Part shown: one piece after another, positions 10,301-17,651 of the stretch
Position numbering within the stretch: the first letter of the stretch is position 1
Layout of the letters: every line of letters starts with the position of its first letter
NCBI GenBank assembly: GCA_038234075.1
Contig: JBBSUV010000015.1
Span: 470-64,469, forward strand
Reading direction: 5' to 3'
DNA from: Flavobacteriales bacterium
Lineage (GTDB): Bacteria > Bacteroidota > Bacteroidia > Flavobacteriales_F > PHOS-HE28
Length of the DNA: 64,000 nucleotides
Program-made: the position numbers and the translations under genes
Notes under the pieces: model-generated
What the model was told of the DNA's origin: nothing
Databases searched by the model: none
The model's input: the letters and a program-made list of their open reading frames with translations, nothing else

Positions 10301-11053
10301 CTCCGGGTCGATCCGCATCAATTTCCCGTTCATGCTGTTCACCATCTGCGAGCGCATAGCGCCCACGTTCTCCGCAGGGGTGATGATGCTGTCCGCCAAG
10401 GCCTGAGCGAAGTAGGTCTGCGGATCGTTGCCGACGTCCGCCGCGTTGTAGCTCGCACCATCACCGGTGGTGAGCATCAGGGTGCCATCGCTGCCGAAGA
10501 CCAAGGAACCCGTGCTGTGGGATTCATACAACAAGGGAACGCCCGTCTTCTTCGTTTCTCCGAGAAGCACTTTGCGGCTGGTCGGGGTCACGGACGTGAA
10601 TGCCGGCCCGGTCGCGGTATACCTCGTCACGCGCATGATCGTCGCACTGAAGTATTGATCAACGGCTGGGTCGTAGCCGGGTTGACCGTAGTTCATGAGG
10701 TAGTTCCGGTCCACCGTGTACAGCAGATAGATCTTCCCGTTGGTAAGGAAATCGGGGTCCAAGGCGAAGCCCAGGCAGCCATGATCACGCCAGTTCCCCA
10801 CCTCTTCGCTGATGTCGATCAAGGGGTTCGGAAGGCGCGTGCCGTTGTCAACGATCCACACCTTGCCGCTCTTCTCCCACACATACATCCGGCCGTTCGC
10901 GTCGAAGGTGAAGCCCACGGGTGCATTGAACCCACTGACCACCACCGCATCGTTGAACCCGCTGGGTACGGTCTGCGCGATGCTCGGTACGAGGCAAAAG
11001 AAGATGCTGACCAGAGTGGTCCCCAGCGCTCTTAAGAAAATAGATCGTTGCAT
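7358..11053 (-). CDS. Large secreted protein: PQQ-dependent sugar dehydrogenase-like (GSDH) propeller, PKD domains, PA14 domain, and C-terminal domain with paired DxNxDG motifs
   Basis: Signal peptide; GCLGFALDPDF, ALGLRNPYRF, GDVGWSSYEELN, GMNFGWPIFEG; PKD (YLWSFGDG, YSWNFGDG); PA14 (NYGTRMRGYI...SDDAS); start at 11053 inferred. Confidence 0.8.
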   Translation of the reverse strand: MQRSIFLRALGTTLVSIFFCLVPSIAQTVPSGFNDAVVVSGFNAPVGFTFDANGRMYVWEKSGKVWIVDNGTRLPNPLIDISEEVGNWRDHGCLGFALDPDFLTNGKIYLLYTVDRNYLMNYGQPGYDPAVDQYFSATIMRVTRYTATGPAFTSVTPTSRKVLLGETKKTGVPLLYESHSTGSLVFGSDGTLMLTTGDGASYNAADVGNDPQTYFAQALADSIITPAENVGAMRSQMVNSMNGKLMRIDPETGNGVPSNPFYDAAAPRSPQSRVWALGLRNPYRFTRRPGSGSTDPAAGDPGVFYIGDVGWSSYEELNVCYSAGMNFGWPIFEGMEENGPFLYARAPNIEAPNPLYGQGLCTQRYFDFQDLLKQETLVHPTGLPNPCDPATLIPPNIRTFTNDRPIIDWVHGNQSRCSAFNGNTAVQFDLDDPNSPVPGPRFGGNASVGGSFITGVGWPAGYQGSYFQGDYAGAWIRRVNVTPDNKAVQVYNFATNLGAVVFLKEGPDGALWYVRYETGQIRKISPLGVTNLPPVAVAEQNVLFGPGPLAVQFTGSNSTDPENGPLTYLWSFGDGGTSTTADPSHTFNAPAGVPTAYTVSLTVRDDQNQPNTTTLLVNVNNTPPVVAITSFPDGQLYPVGVDTTVTLAASVTDAEQGPAQLTYSWKTIFHHNIHVHTEPLNHAVTTTTVLSGLGCYEETYYYEVALTVTDAGGLSTTVSHSLYPRCSAIAPTAVISSALVYGTSPFPATMDGSNSVDNGTIVDYSWNFGDGTTANGETASKTFTENGDYIVTLTVTDNDGLSSSTVKVFSVYTLDPPQCVGPVGSVLREYWTNIAGTTVSSLINSPGYPDAPNGTTYPTSIQGPVNFANNYGTRMRGYIIAPTTGSYTFNTTSDDASVLYLSPNADPGLKQVICSVLGFTNDNEYNKYPGQQSGNITLVAGKYYYFEFLQKDGSGGDHMTVRWTRPGNATLTVVDGAYLARWQDCAPSLKIRMALAGPYDESTGQMGDDLRAMGSIPLLQPYTAMGFTQVGGGGETVSQAMLNVTGKNAVVDWVLVELRSKANSSVILATQAALLQRDGDVVGTDGYSRLLFNVPSDQYYIAVRHRNHLGVMTGSQRLLNRNLTAVDFTDPLLSTYGTVARKTFANGRMGAWSGNSVNDGRLKYTGSNNDRDPMLIVVGSSVPTQTISGYAVEDVNMDGFVRYTGARNDRDKLLISVGGNIPSAIRVEQMP

Positions 11054-11150
11054 CAGAAAGCAGAGCTCCTCGGAAGTAGCAATATCTTGGTCGAGCAAAT
11101 GTCCGGATTTAACGGGAAACTGTCAATGCTATTTACAAACACTGCGCTGG

Positions 11151-11435
11151 ATGCAGCCTAAAGGAACATTGCACTGTCGTGTTTGGGTATCCGGAACCGT
11201 TCAAGGGGTATGGTTCCGCCAAGGAACAAAGGAAACCGCCGATCGACTGAGCATTTTGGGACATGTTGAGAATCTCCCGGACGGCCGGGTCTTGATCGAG
11301 GCGGAAGGATCGCGGGCCGATATGGACGCTTTCCTCTCTTGGTGTCATAAAGGTCCTCCTCGGGCGGTGGTCAGTTCCGTGGTCGTTGAAGAAGGCGGAT
11401 CGCAGGGCTTCCCCGATTTCCTGATCCGTCGCTAG
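11151..11435 (+). CDS. acyP: Acylphosphatase
   Basis: VSGTVQGVWFR, GHVENLPDGRV, WCHKGPPRAVV; ATG at 11151. Confidence 0.9.
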   Translation: MQPKGTLHCRVWVSGTVQGVWFRQGTKETADRLSILGHVENLPDGRVLIEAEGSRADMDAFLSWCHKGPPRAVVSSVVVEEGGSQGFPDFLIRR

Positions 11436-12505
11436 TAGAGGTCGAAGAGGTCCATCTGCCCATGTATAGGTCGTTGGAGCAGGGTTTTGTCCATTTCAGG
11501 CATGGCCCGATCGGCGAAATAGCGCCTTCTGAAAAGCATGAACATGCGCCTGATGTTCTCTGCAAAGGCTCCCTCCCCCTTCATCCTCCGGCCGAAAGTG
11601 CTGTCATTCATTGTCCCCTGGTGCGCATGCTTTATCTGGGCAACGACCTTCGCCGCCCGGTCCGGGAAATGGGTCTCAAGCCAAAGCCGGAAGATCTCCT
11701 CCACCGCTCCGTTGGTGCGCACCACGGTATATCCAGCTCCCTTGGCACCGGCATCGGCAGCGGCCTTCAGCAGAGCGGGCACCTCGCTGTCGTTCAACCC
11801 GGGTATCACTGGCGCGATCATAGCATACACGGGTACGCCCGCGCGGGTCAGTTCCTCTATGGCGCGCAGCCTGTTCTTGGCCGTGCTCGTCCGTGGCTCC
11901 AGTTTGCGCCGCAGGTCCTCGTGCAAGGTGGTGAGGCTGATGGCAACACTGGCCAAGCGGTGTTCCGCCATTTCGGAGAGGATGTCCAGATCCCGCAACA
12001 CCAAAGCGTTCTTGGTGATGATACCCACCGGCTGACGGAAACGCTGCGCCACTTCCAATACCCGCCGCGTGATCCGCTCCTTGCGCTCAATAGGCTGGTA
12101 ACAGTCGGTGTTGCCGCTGATCGAAATGGTGCCCACGTCCCACTTCGGATGTCGGAGCGCCTTCTCCAATAGTTCCGGCGCACTGCGCTTCATCAACACC
12201 ACCTGCTCGAAATCGGGCCCGGCGCCGTAGCCCCAATACTCATGCGTGGGGCGGGCATAGCAATATGCGCAACCGTGTTCGCAACCTTGATAGGGGTTCA
12301 GGCTCCAGTCAAGCCGGATATCCGGAGAAGTGACCTTATTGAGGATGGTCTTGGGGAAGATCTCCAAGTATCTCGTCGCTCCCGGCTCCTCCTCCAACTC
12401 ATCCACACCTTCCCAATGGACCACGCCATAGCTGTTCCGCAGGAACCGGTTCGGCACGTGCCCCTGCGCCCCGCGTCCTTTGACTATTTTCCCGTCAACC
12501 GCCAT
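11432..12505 (-). CDS. PA0069 family radical SAM protein
   Basis: KGRGAQ N-terminus, SLNPYQGCEHGCAYCYARPTHEY, SGNTDCYQPIER; ATG at 12505. Confidence 0.88.
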   Translation of the reverse strand: MAVDGKIVKGRGAQGHVPNRFLRNSYGVVHWEGVDELEEEPGATRYLEIFPKTILNKVTSPDIRLDWSLNPYQGCEHGCAYCYARPTHEYWGYGAGPDFEQVVLMKRSAPELLEKALRHPKWDVGTISISGNTDCYQPIERKERITRRVLEVAQRFRQPVGIITKNALVLRDLDILSEMAEHRLASVAISLTTLHEDLRRKLEPRTSTAKNRLRAIEELTRAGVPVYAMIAPVIPGLNDSEVPALLKAAADAGAKGAGYTVVRTNGAVEEIFRLWLETHFPDRAAKVVAQIKHAHQGTMNDSTFGRRMKGEGAFAENIRRMFMLFRRRYFADRAMPEMDKTLLQRPIHGQMDLFDLY

Positions 12506-12526
12506 GTGGTCAAGATAGTTTACGCT

Positions 12527-12553
12527 ACCACGAAGAACACAAAGCGCACGAAG
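12527..12553 (+). repeat. 9-mer triplet ACCACGAAG-AACACAAAG-CGCACGAAG
   Basis: Direct reading; close relative at 14240-14266. Confidence 0.7.
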
Positions 12554-12664
12554 TTTCTGACGGAACGAAAGAGCCCTTGACGGGTGGTGACCAGAGGCGG
12601 TATTGCGTTGCTCTGACAAACATCCGGGAATGGCGGATAATTTCGCGGCCCGTTGAGAAAAACC

Positions 12665-13816
12665 ATGATGAAACTATCGATCCTCGCCCTCCCGGCCGTT
12701 CTCCTTTTTAGCTGTGGGACCGCTTCCACTGAAACCAAGGTCCCGACGGGTGCTGATACCCTGGCGACCACGAACGACTCCACCTCCAAATTCGTTCCCG
12801 ACAGCGCCTACTGGAATGCGGATACCTTGATCGATCCGGCGGAAAAGCACTTCGCACACCTGCGCCAGCTCTCCTTCGGCGGCGATAACGCCGAGGCCTA
12901 CTGGGATTTCGCAGGGAACAAGCTTTCCTTCCAAGCCCATGTGCCGGCTTGGGGTGAAAAGTGCGACCAGATCTACGTGTTCAACCCGTTCACCGACGAC
13001 CTGCGCAAGACACCTCCGCAGAAGATCAGCATCAACGGCGGTCGCACCACGTGCAGCTATTTCCTGCCGGGTGACAGCTTGGTGCTTTTCGCAAGCACGC
13101 ATTTGGACTCGAAGGAATGCCCACCTGTTCCTCCGCATGTACCCGGGGGCAAGTACATCTGGCCCATCTATCCGAGCTTCGACATTTTCGTGAGCGACCT
13201 GAAGGGCAACATCCGCAAGCGCCTCACGGACACCCCGGGTTATGATGCTGAAGGCACCGTTTCGCCCAACGGCGATCGCATCGTCTTCACCAGCATGCGC
13301 AATGGCGATCTCGACCTGTACACCATGAACATCGACGGCAGCGACGTGAAGCAGATCACGCACGAACTCGGTTATGACGGCGGTGCATTCTTCAGTCCGG
13401 ACGGTACGAAGTTGGTATGGCGTGCGTCACGGCCCAAGACCCCGGAGGCCATCAAGGAATACAAGGACCTGTTGAAGATCGGTCAGGTGATGCCTACGCA
13501 GATGGAGCTCTTCATCGGCAACGCTGACGGCAGCGATGCCAAGCAGATCACCAACCTCGGCCAGGCCAACTGGGCGCCCTACTGGAACCCGGACGGCAAG
13601 CACATCATCTTCGCTAGCAACCACAAGGCCGCGCGTGGTTTCCCCTTCACCCTGTTCATGATCGGTACTGATGGCCAAGGCTTGGAGCCGCTGACCAATA
13701 CGGACATGTTCGACGCCTTCCCCGTGTTCAGCAAGGATGGCAAGTATCTTGTCTTCAGCAGCAACCGCGGCGGCAAGGACCACGAGACGAACCTCTTCAT
13801 CGCGGAGTGGAAGTGA
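12665..13816 (+). CDS. TolB-like PD40 beta-propeller lipoprotein
   Basis: Lipobox LLFSC; repeats GDNAEAYW, TPGYDAEGTVSPNG, GYDGGAFFSPDG, FDAFPVFSKDG. Confidence 0.85.
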   Translation: MMKLSILALPAVLLFSCGTASTETKVPTGADTLATTNDSTSKFVPDSAYWNADTLIDPAEKHFAHLRQLSFGGDNAEAYWDFAGNKLSFQAHVPAWGEKCDQIYVFNPFTDDLRKTPPQKISINGGRTTCSYFLPGDSLVLFASTHLDSKECPPVPPHVPGGKYIWPIYPSFDIFVSDLKGNIRKRLTDTPGYDAEGTVSPNGDRIVFTSMRNGDLDLYTMNIDGSDVKQITHELGYDGGAFFSPDGTKLVWRASRPKTPEAIKEYKDLLKIGQVMPTQMELFIGNADGSDAKQITNLGQANWAPYWNPDGKHIIFASNHKAARGFPFTLFMIGTDGQGLEPLTNTDMFDAFPVFSKDGKYLVFSSNRGGKDHETNLFIAEWK

Positions 13817-13898
13817 TCATGATCGACCCGGTACCCTGATCGTGGTATTTTCCGCCACGATCAAGGATGTCCGGATCTGAAAGGCGATCTTCGCGCAA

Positions 13899-14225
13899 AT
13901 GGCTGACGAGGAAGTGGCAAAGGATAACGGTTGGTTGCAACGCTTGGGTGCCCGTTGGGGTGTGAGCGCTGGCCGAGCAGTGATCATCTTGGTGGTATTC
14001 GCCTGCACGGGCCTTACCGTGATGTTCCTTAAGCGCCCTGTGGTATCCTTTTTCACAGAGGTGGAAGGTGGTATGCCACTGCTGTTCTCGGTCCTCTATT
14101 ACATCCTGATCCTCCCCTTCTACAACGTGGTGTTGTTGGTTTACGGCGCGCTGCTCGGCCAGTTCGATTTCTTCTGGGCCTTCGAGAAGCGGTTCTTCAA
14201 CCGGATCTTCGGGCGGAAGAAGTGA
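13899..14225 (+). CDS. Small membrane protein (DUF6787-like)
   Basis: RLGARWGV...IILVVFACTG...GQFDFFWAFEKR pattern, two TM helices. Confidence 0.7.
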   Translation: MADEEVAKDNGWLQRLGARWGVSAGRAVIILVVFACTGLTVMFLKRPVVSFFTEVEGGMPLLFSVLYYILILPFYNVVLLVYGALLGQFDFFWAFEKRFFNRIFGRKK

Positions 14226-14239
14226 GCTGATCAGTGAGG

Positions 14240-14266
14240 ACCACGAAGGGCGCAAAGGACACGAAG
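14240..14266 (+). repeat. 9-mer triplet ACCACGAAG-GGCGCAAAG-GACACGAAG
   Basis: Direct reading; lies 14 nt from the vsr stop codon. Confidence 0.7.
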
Positions 14267-14280
14267 ACCTTTTCTTGGTG

Positions 14281-14733
14281 TTAAAGAGTTGGCTCGTCCA
14301 ATCCCTTTTGCACGCGGCGGACCTGGGCTTCCGGATCCTTCTTCAAGCGGCACTCCCACACGGTGATCACCCGCCAACCTGCTTTCCGAAGTTCCCGGAC
14401 TTTGCGCTTGTCGCGAGCAACGTTACGATCCAGCTTTTCATTCCAAAAACTCTTGTTCGTCTTCGGCCTTCTCGGCTGGCAATGCGGACAGCTATGCCAA
14501 AAGCATCCGTGGATGAACACAGCGACCTTCCGGCCTACGAATGCGATATCCGGCTTGCCTGGGACCTTTGCATACTGCAAACGATAGCCGCGGATCCCGG
14601 CCGCGCTCAACGCCGCACGCATGGCTTTCTCGGGTCCGGTGTTCTTCGCACGGATGCGGCTCATGGCCGCGCTGATGCGCGGATCCACCGGCACCGGCGC
14701 GCGACCATCGCGGATATACTTGCGTTCGGCCAT
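14281..14733 (-). CDS. vsr: Very short patch repair endonuclease (Vsr)
   Basis: MSRIRAKNTGPE, PGKPDIAF, FIHGCFWHSC, FWNEKLDRNVARD, GWRVITVWEC; ATG at 14733. Confidence 0.92.
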   Translation of the reverse strand: MAERKYIRDGRAPVPVDPRISAAMSRIRAKNTGPEKAMRAALSAAGIRGYRLQYAKVPGKPDIAFVGRKVAVFIHGCFWHSCPHCQPRRPKTNKSFWNEKLDRNVARDKRKVRELRKAGWRVITVWECRLKKDPEAQVRRVQKGLDEPTL

Positions 14734-14780
14734 CTCTTTATTCCTGCAAAGGTGAGCAAGGAACTTCGCTACATTTCGGA

Positions 14781-15356
14781 ATGAAAAGGAGGGAACTACG
14801 CAAAGCCGCTGCCGCGAAGATCGCATTGGGGTATACCCGCCAGCACGCCTATGATGCACTGCGGGTTGAGGAACCCACGGCGGACAACGAGGAGCTGGCG
14901 GACGCGGTACGGTACACCCCGTCGCTCATGGCGCGTGAGCATTTCAAGAATGCACGTACCACCCTCGTCGTGCTGGTCGTCGCCCTTTCCACGTTCTATC
15001 TCTGGCAGGAGGGAATGCTCTTCCATCACCAAAGCTGGGGGGATCGGCTGTTCTTCTTGGCCATTCCGATCGCTCTTTTGGCTTCAGCGATCACCTTCGC
15101 ACGTAATCGCGTTAGAATATATTCCAGCATCGCATTTCTCACATTCCTCGCCGCGGCAAATTGGCAGACCGGGAAAGCCGTCTTGGACTTAGCTACTCCC
15201 ATGATCATCGTTTGGTTGACCCTTTCCGTTGCGGTGATAGCCTTGGCCTTATACCTGCACAGAAAACTCACGTCCGACTATACCATGCAGCGTGACCCGA
15301 ACGAGGGTATGCACAAGCGTGCGGTATTCCCGCCGGAGCCCGGAGTCTTGGCCTAG
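14781..15356 (+). CDS. Hypothetical membrane protein (4 TM)
   Basis: 191-aa ORF with soluble N-terminus and four hydrophobic segments; fills the gap between vsr and the SMR gene. Confidence 0.7.
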   Translation: MKRRELRKAAAAKIALGYTRQHAYDALRVEEPTADNEELADAVRYTPSLMAREHFKNARTTLVVLVVALSTFYLWQEGMLFHHQSWGDRLFFLAIPIALLASAITFARNRVRIYSSIAFLTFLAAANWQTGKAVLDLATPMIIVWLTLSVAVIALALYLHRKLTSDYTMQRDPNEGMHKRAVFPPEPGVLA

Positions 15357-15380
15357 TGCCCTAACCGCTTTCTTTGCCCC

Positions 15381-15707
15381 ATGAACTGGATACTGCTTTT
15401 CATTGGCGGCCTTTTTGAAGTGGGCTTCACCACCTGTCTTGGCAAGGTGAAGGAAACCTCAGGCAACACCGCGTTGCTGTGGTGGGCCGGATTTATGATC
15501 TGTCTTGTGGCCAGCATGTACTTACTCTATCGCGCTTCACAGACGCTGCCCATGGGTACGGCCTATGCGGTGTGGACGGGTGTGGGCGCCATCGGCACGG
15601 TGCTGGTGGGTATGCTGCTCTTCAAGGAACCGGCGGAATTCTGGCGGCTGTTCTTCCTCTTTACGCTGATCGCCAGCATCGCTGGTTTGAAGTTCGTCTC
15701 GAACTGA
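15381..15707 (+). CDS. SMR family efflux transporter (SugE/Gdx-like)
   Basis: MNWILLFIGGLFEVGF, LPMGTAYAVWTGVGAIGT, 4 TM, 108 aa. Confidence 0.9.
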   Translation: MNWILLFIGGLFEVGFTTCLGKVKETSGNTALLWWAGFMICLVASMYLLYRASQTLPMGTAYAVWTGVGAIGTVLVGMLLFKEPAEFWRLFFLFTLIASIAGLKFVSN

Positions 15708-15714
15708 CCCGCCT

Positions 15715-16353
15715 TCAAGCACGCTCTGCCCAAGCCTGCTGCAAGGCCCCGAGAAAGTGATCGCTTGACTGTGCGCCGCTCACCGCGAACTTGTCGTCCA
15801 ACACGAAGAAGGGCACGCCACCCACACCGATCTGCTGCGCCTCGTATTCATCGGCATGGACCGCTTCGGTGTAGGCATCGCTGGCCAACATCCCCTCCAC
15901 TTCCGTTCCGTCCAGTCCGATCTCCGTGGCGATCTTCTTCAGCACGGACCGGTTACCGATATGCTGACCTTGAATGAAATAGGCTTTAAACAACCGCTCC
16001 TCGGCATCGGCCCCCTTTTGCTTGGTCTTCGCGAACTGGATCAAGCGGTGCGCATCGAAGGAACTGCCCATGATCGTGTGCTCAATATCGTACTCGAGCC
16101 CTACTGAATGAGCGCGGTCCACCACGCCTGAAACCATCTCCTTCGCCTGCTCACGTGTGCGACCGTACTTCTTCGCCAAGTGATCATACATGTCGTCCGG
16201 ACTGCGCACCGGTGCCTCGCGGTCCAGCTCGAAGCTCTTCCACTCCACCTCCACTTCGCCCTTGTGCTCGAATTGCGACAGGGCATTCTCAAATTCGCGT
16301 TTACCGATATAGCAGTATGGGCACACCACATCGGACCAGATCTTGACCTTCAT
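15715..16353 (-). CDS. DsbA family oxidoreductase (FrnE-like)
   Basis: IWSDVVCPYCYIGKR, SFELD, GVGGVPFFV, VSGAQ; ATG at 16353. Confidence 0.9.
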   Translation of the reverse strand: MKVKIWSDVVCPYCYIGKREFENALSQFEHKGEVEVEWKSFELDREAPVRSPDDMYDHLAKKYGRTREQAKEMVSGVVDRAHSVGLEYDIEHTIMGSSFDAHRLIQFAKTKQKGADAEERLFKAYFIQGQHIGNRSVLKKIATEIGLDGTEVEGMLASDAYTEAVHADEYEAQQIGVGGVPFFVLDDKFAVSGAQSSDHFLGALQQAWAERA

Positions 16354-16399
16354 GTTACAAAGGTCGGCACCAAGAAGTTCTGTTCGAGAGAACACAGGA

Positions 16400-16461
16400 A
16401 TACATATTGTATGCGACATATTTTATGTCGTATGTTTTATGTCTCATATATTATAGCTTTG
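16400..16461. promoter_or_regulatory. AT-rich operator/promoter of the ATPase gene
   Basis: Inverted repeat CGACATA-ttt-TATGTCG, direct repeat TTTTATGTC x2, then TAGCTTTG (16454-16461) 4 nt before ATG. Confidence 0.6.
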
Positions 16462-16465
16462 CCAC

Positions 16466-17587
16466 ATGGAAGAAGAGGACGACAACCCGTTCCTGCTCCA
16501 AGGCTATGATGGGCCGGAGAACTTCTGCGACCGTGTGGATGAGCTGCGTGCCCTCACCGAGGCCATGGCCAACCGGCGCAACGTCTCGGTGATCTCCCTG
16601 CGCCGCATCGGTAAGACCGCCCTCATCCGGCACCTCTTCGCCTCGCAGCGCAAATTCATCCCCGTTTTCGTGGATCTGTACCGCACCGAGGATCAGCAGG
16701 GCATGGTGATGCGGTTGGTCGAGGAGACCTTCAAACAACTCGGCAAGCCCACCCGTGCGCTGCTGAAGGAGGCCGCACAGGCCATGCGGACGTTGGAGTT
16801 CAGGCTGGAGTTCGACGCCTTGACCGGCCTGCCCGAACTGGGGGTGGCCGTGCGTCCAGGCCAAAAGGAGTCAGCCACGCTCGACGAGCTGTTCCGCTTT
16901 CTGGAATCCCGTAAAAAACGCGTCGTGATGGCGCTCGACGAGTTCCAGCAGGTGGCGGATTACCCGCAAAAGAACACCGAGGCCCTGTTGCGCGAACATG
17001 TGCAGAAGCTGAAGAATATTAACTTCATCTTCTCCGGTAGCGACCGCCGCATGATGCAAGCGATCTTCGCCAATGGCAAGCGCCCCTTCTACCAAGCAAC
17101 GGAACCGCTATACCTCGGTCCCATACCGGAAGAGGCCTACACGGACTTCATTATTGAACGCTTCACAGCGGGAAAACGAAAGATCCCCAAAAGCCTCGTG
17201 ATCGAAGGCATCCACTGGTGCAGAGGCCACACCTACTATGTGCAGTACCTTTTCAACAGGCTCTACGCCTTAGGGAAACGCTCCTACGACATGTTGGACC
17301 TGGTGACCACACGCCAGAGCATCCTTCGGGAGCGTGCCCCGGAGTACATGACCGTGCAGCGCCTGCTCAGTCCCAACCAGGCGGCCGTACTAATAGCCAT
17401 CGCCAAGGATGGCGCGGTGGAGCAGCCCGCGGCCATCGATTTCATCCTCAAGCACCGCTTGAGCGCGGCCAGCACCGTCCGGCAAAGCCTGAACGTGCTC
17501 TTGGAAAAGGAACTGCTACACCAGCACGAGGGAAAGTACCGCCTTACGGATGTCTTCCTCGGCCATTGGTTGGCGGAAGGAGCGTGA
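16466..17587 (+). CDS. Archaeal-ATPase-type P-loop ATP-binding protein with C-terminal winged helix
   Basis: NPF..FCDR..E start, Walker A SLRRIGKT, Walker B MALDEFQ, FIFSGS, GHTYYVQ, C-terminal HTH-like (ASTVRQSLNVLLEKELL). Confidence 0.85.
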   Translation: MEEEDDNPFLLQGYDGPENFCDRVDELRALTEAMANRRNVSVISLRRIGKTALIRHLFASQRKFIPVFVDLYRTEDQQGMVMRLVEETFKQLGKPTRALLKEAAQAMRTLEFRLEFDALTGLPELGVAVRPGQKESATLDELFRFLESRKKRVVMALDEFQQVADYPQKNTEALLREHVQKLKNINFIFSGSDRRMMQAIFANGKRPFYQATEPLYLGPIPEEAYTDFIIERFTAGKRKIPKSLVIEGIHWCRGHTYYVQYLFNRLYALGKRSYDMLDLVTTRQSILRERAPEYMTVQRLLSPNQAAVLIAIAKDGAVEQPAAIDFILKHRLSAASTVRQSLNVLLEKELLHQHEGKYRLTDVFLGHWLAEGA

Positions 17588-17651
17588 AAGAGACTGATGA
17601 TCACGGATCGAACCATCATTGCGGTCGACACGGAGTGATCGACCGATAGCA

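Noticed and set aside
11432-14733. DNA-repair cluster (PA0069 radical SAM plus vsr)
   Set aside because: Separated by two unrelated genes on the other strand; no evidence of co-regulation.
15330-15380. Guanidine riboswitch upstream of the SMR gene
   Set aside because: No ACGR twin hairpins or ykkC motifs; the spacer is 24 nt and the promoter abuts the ATG.
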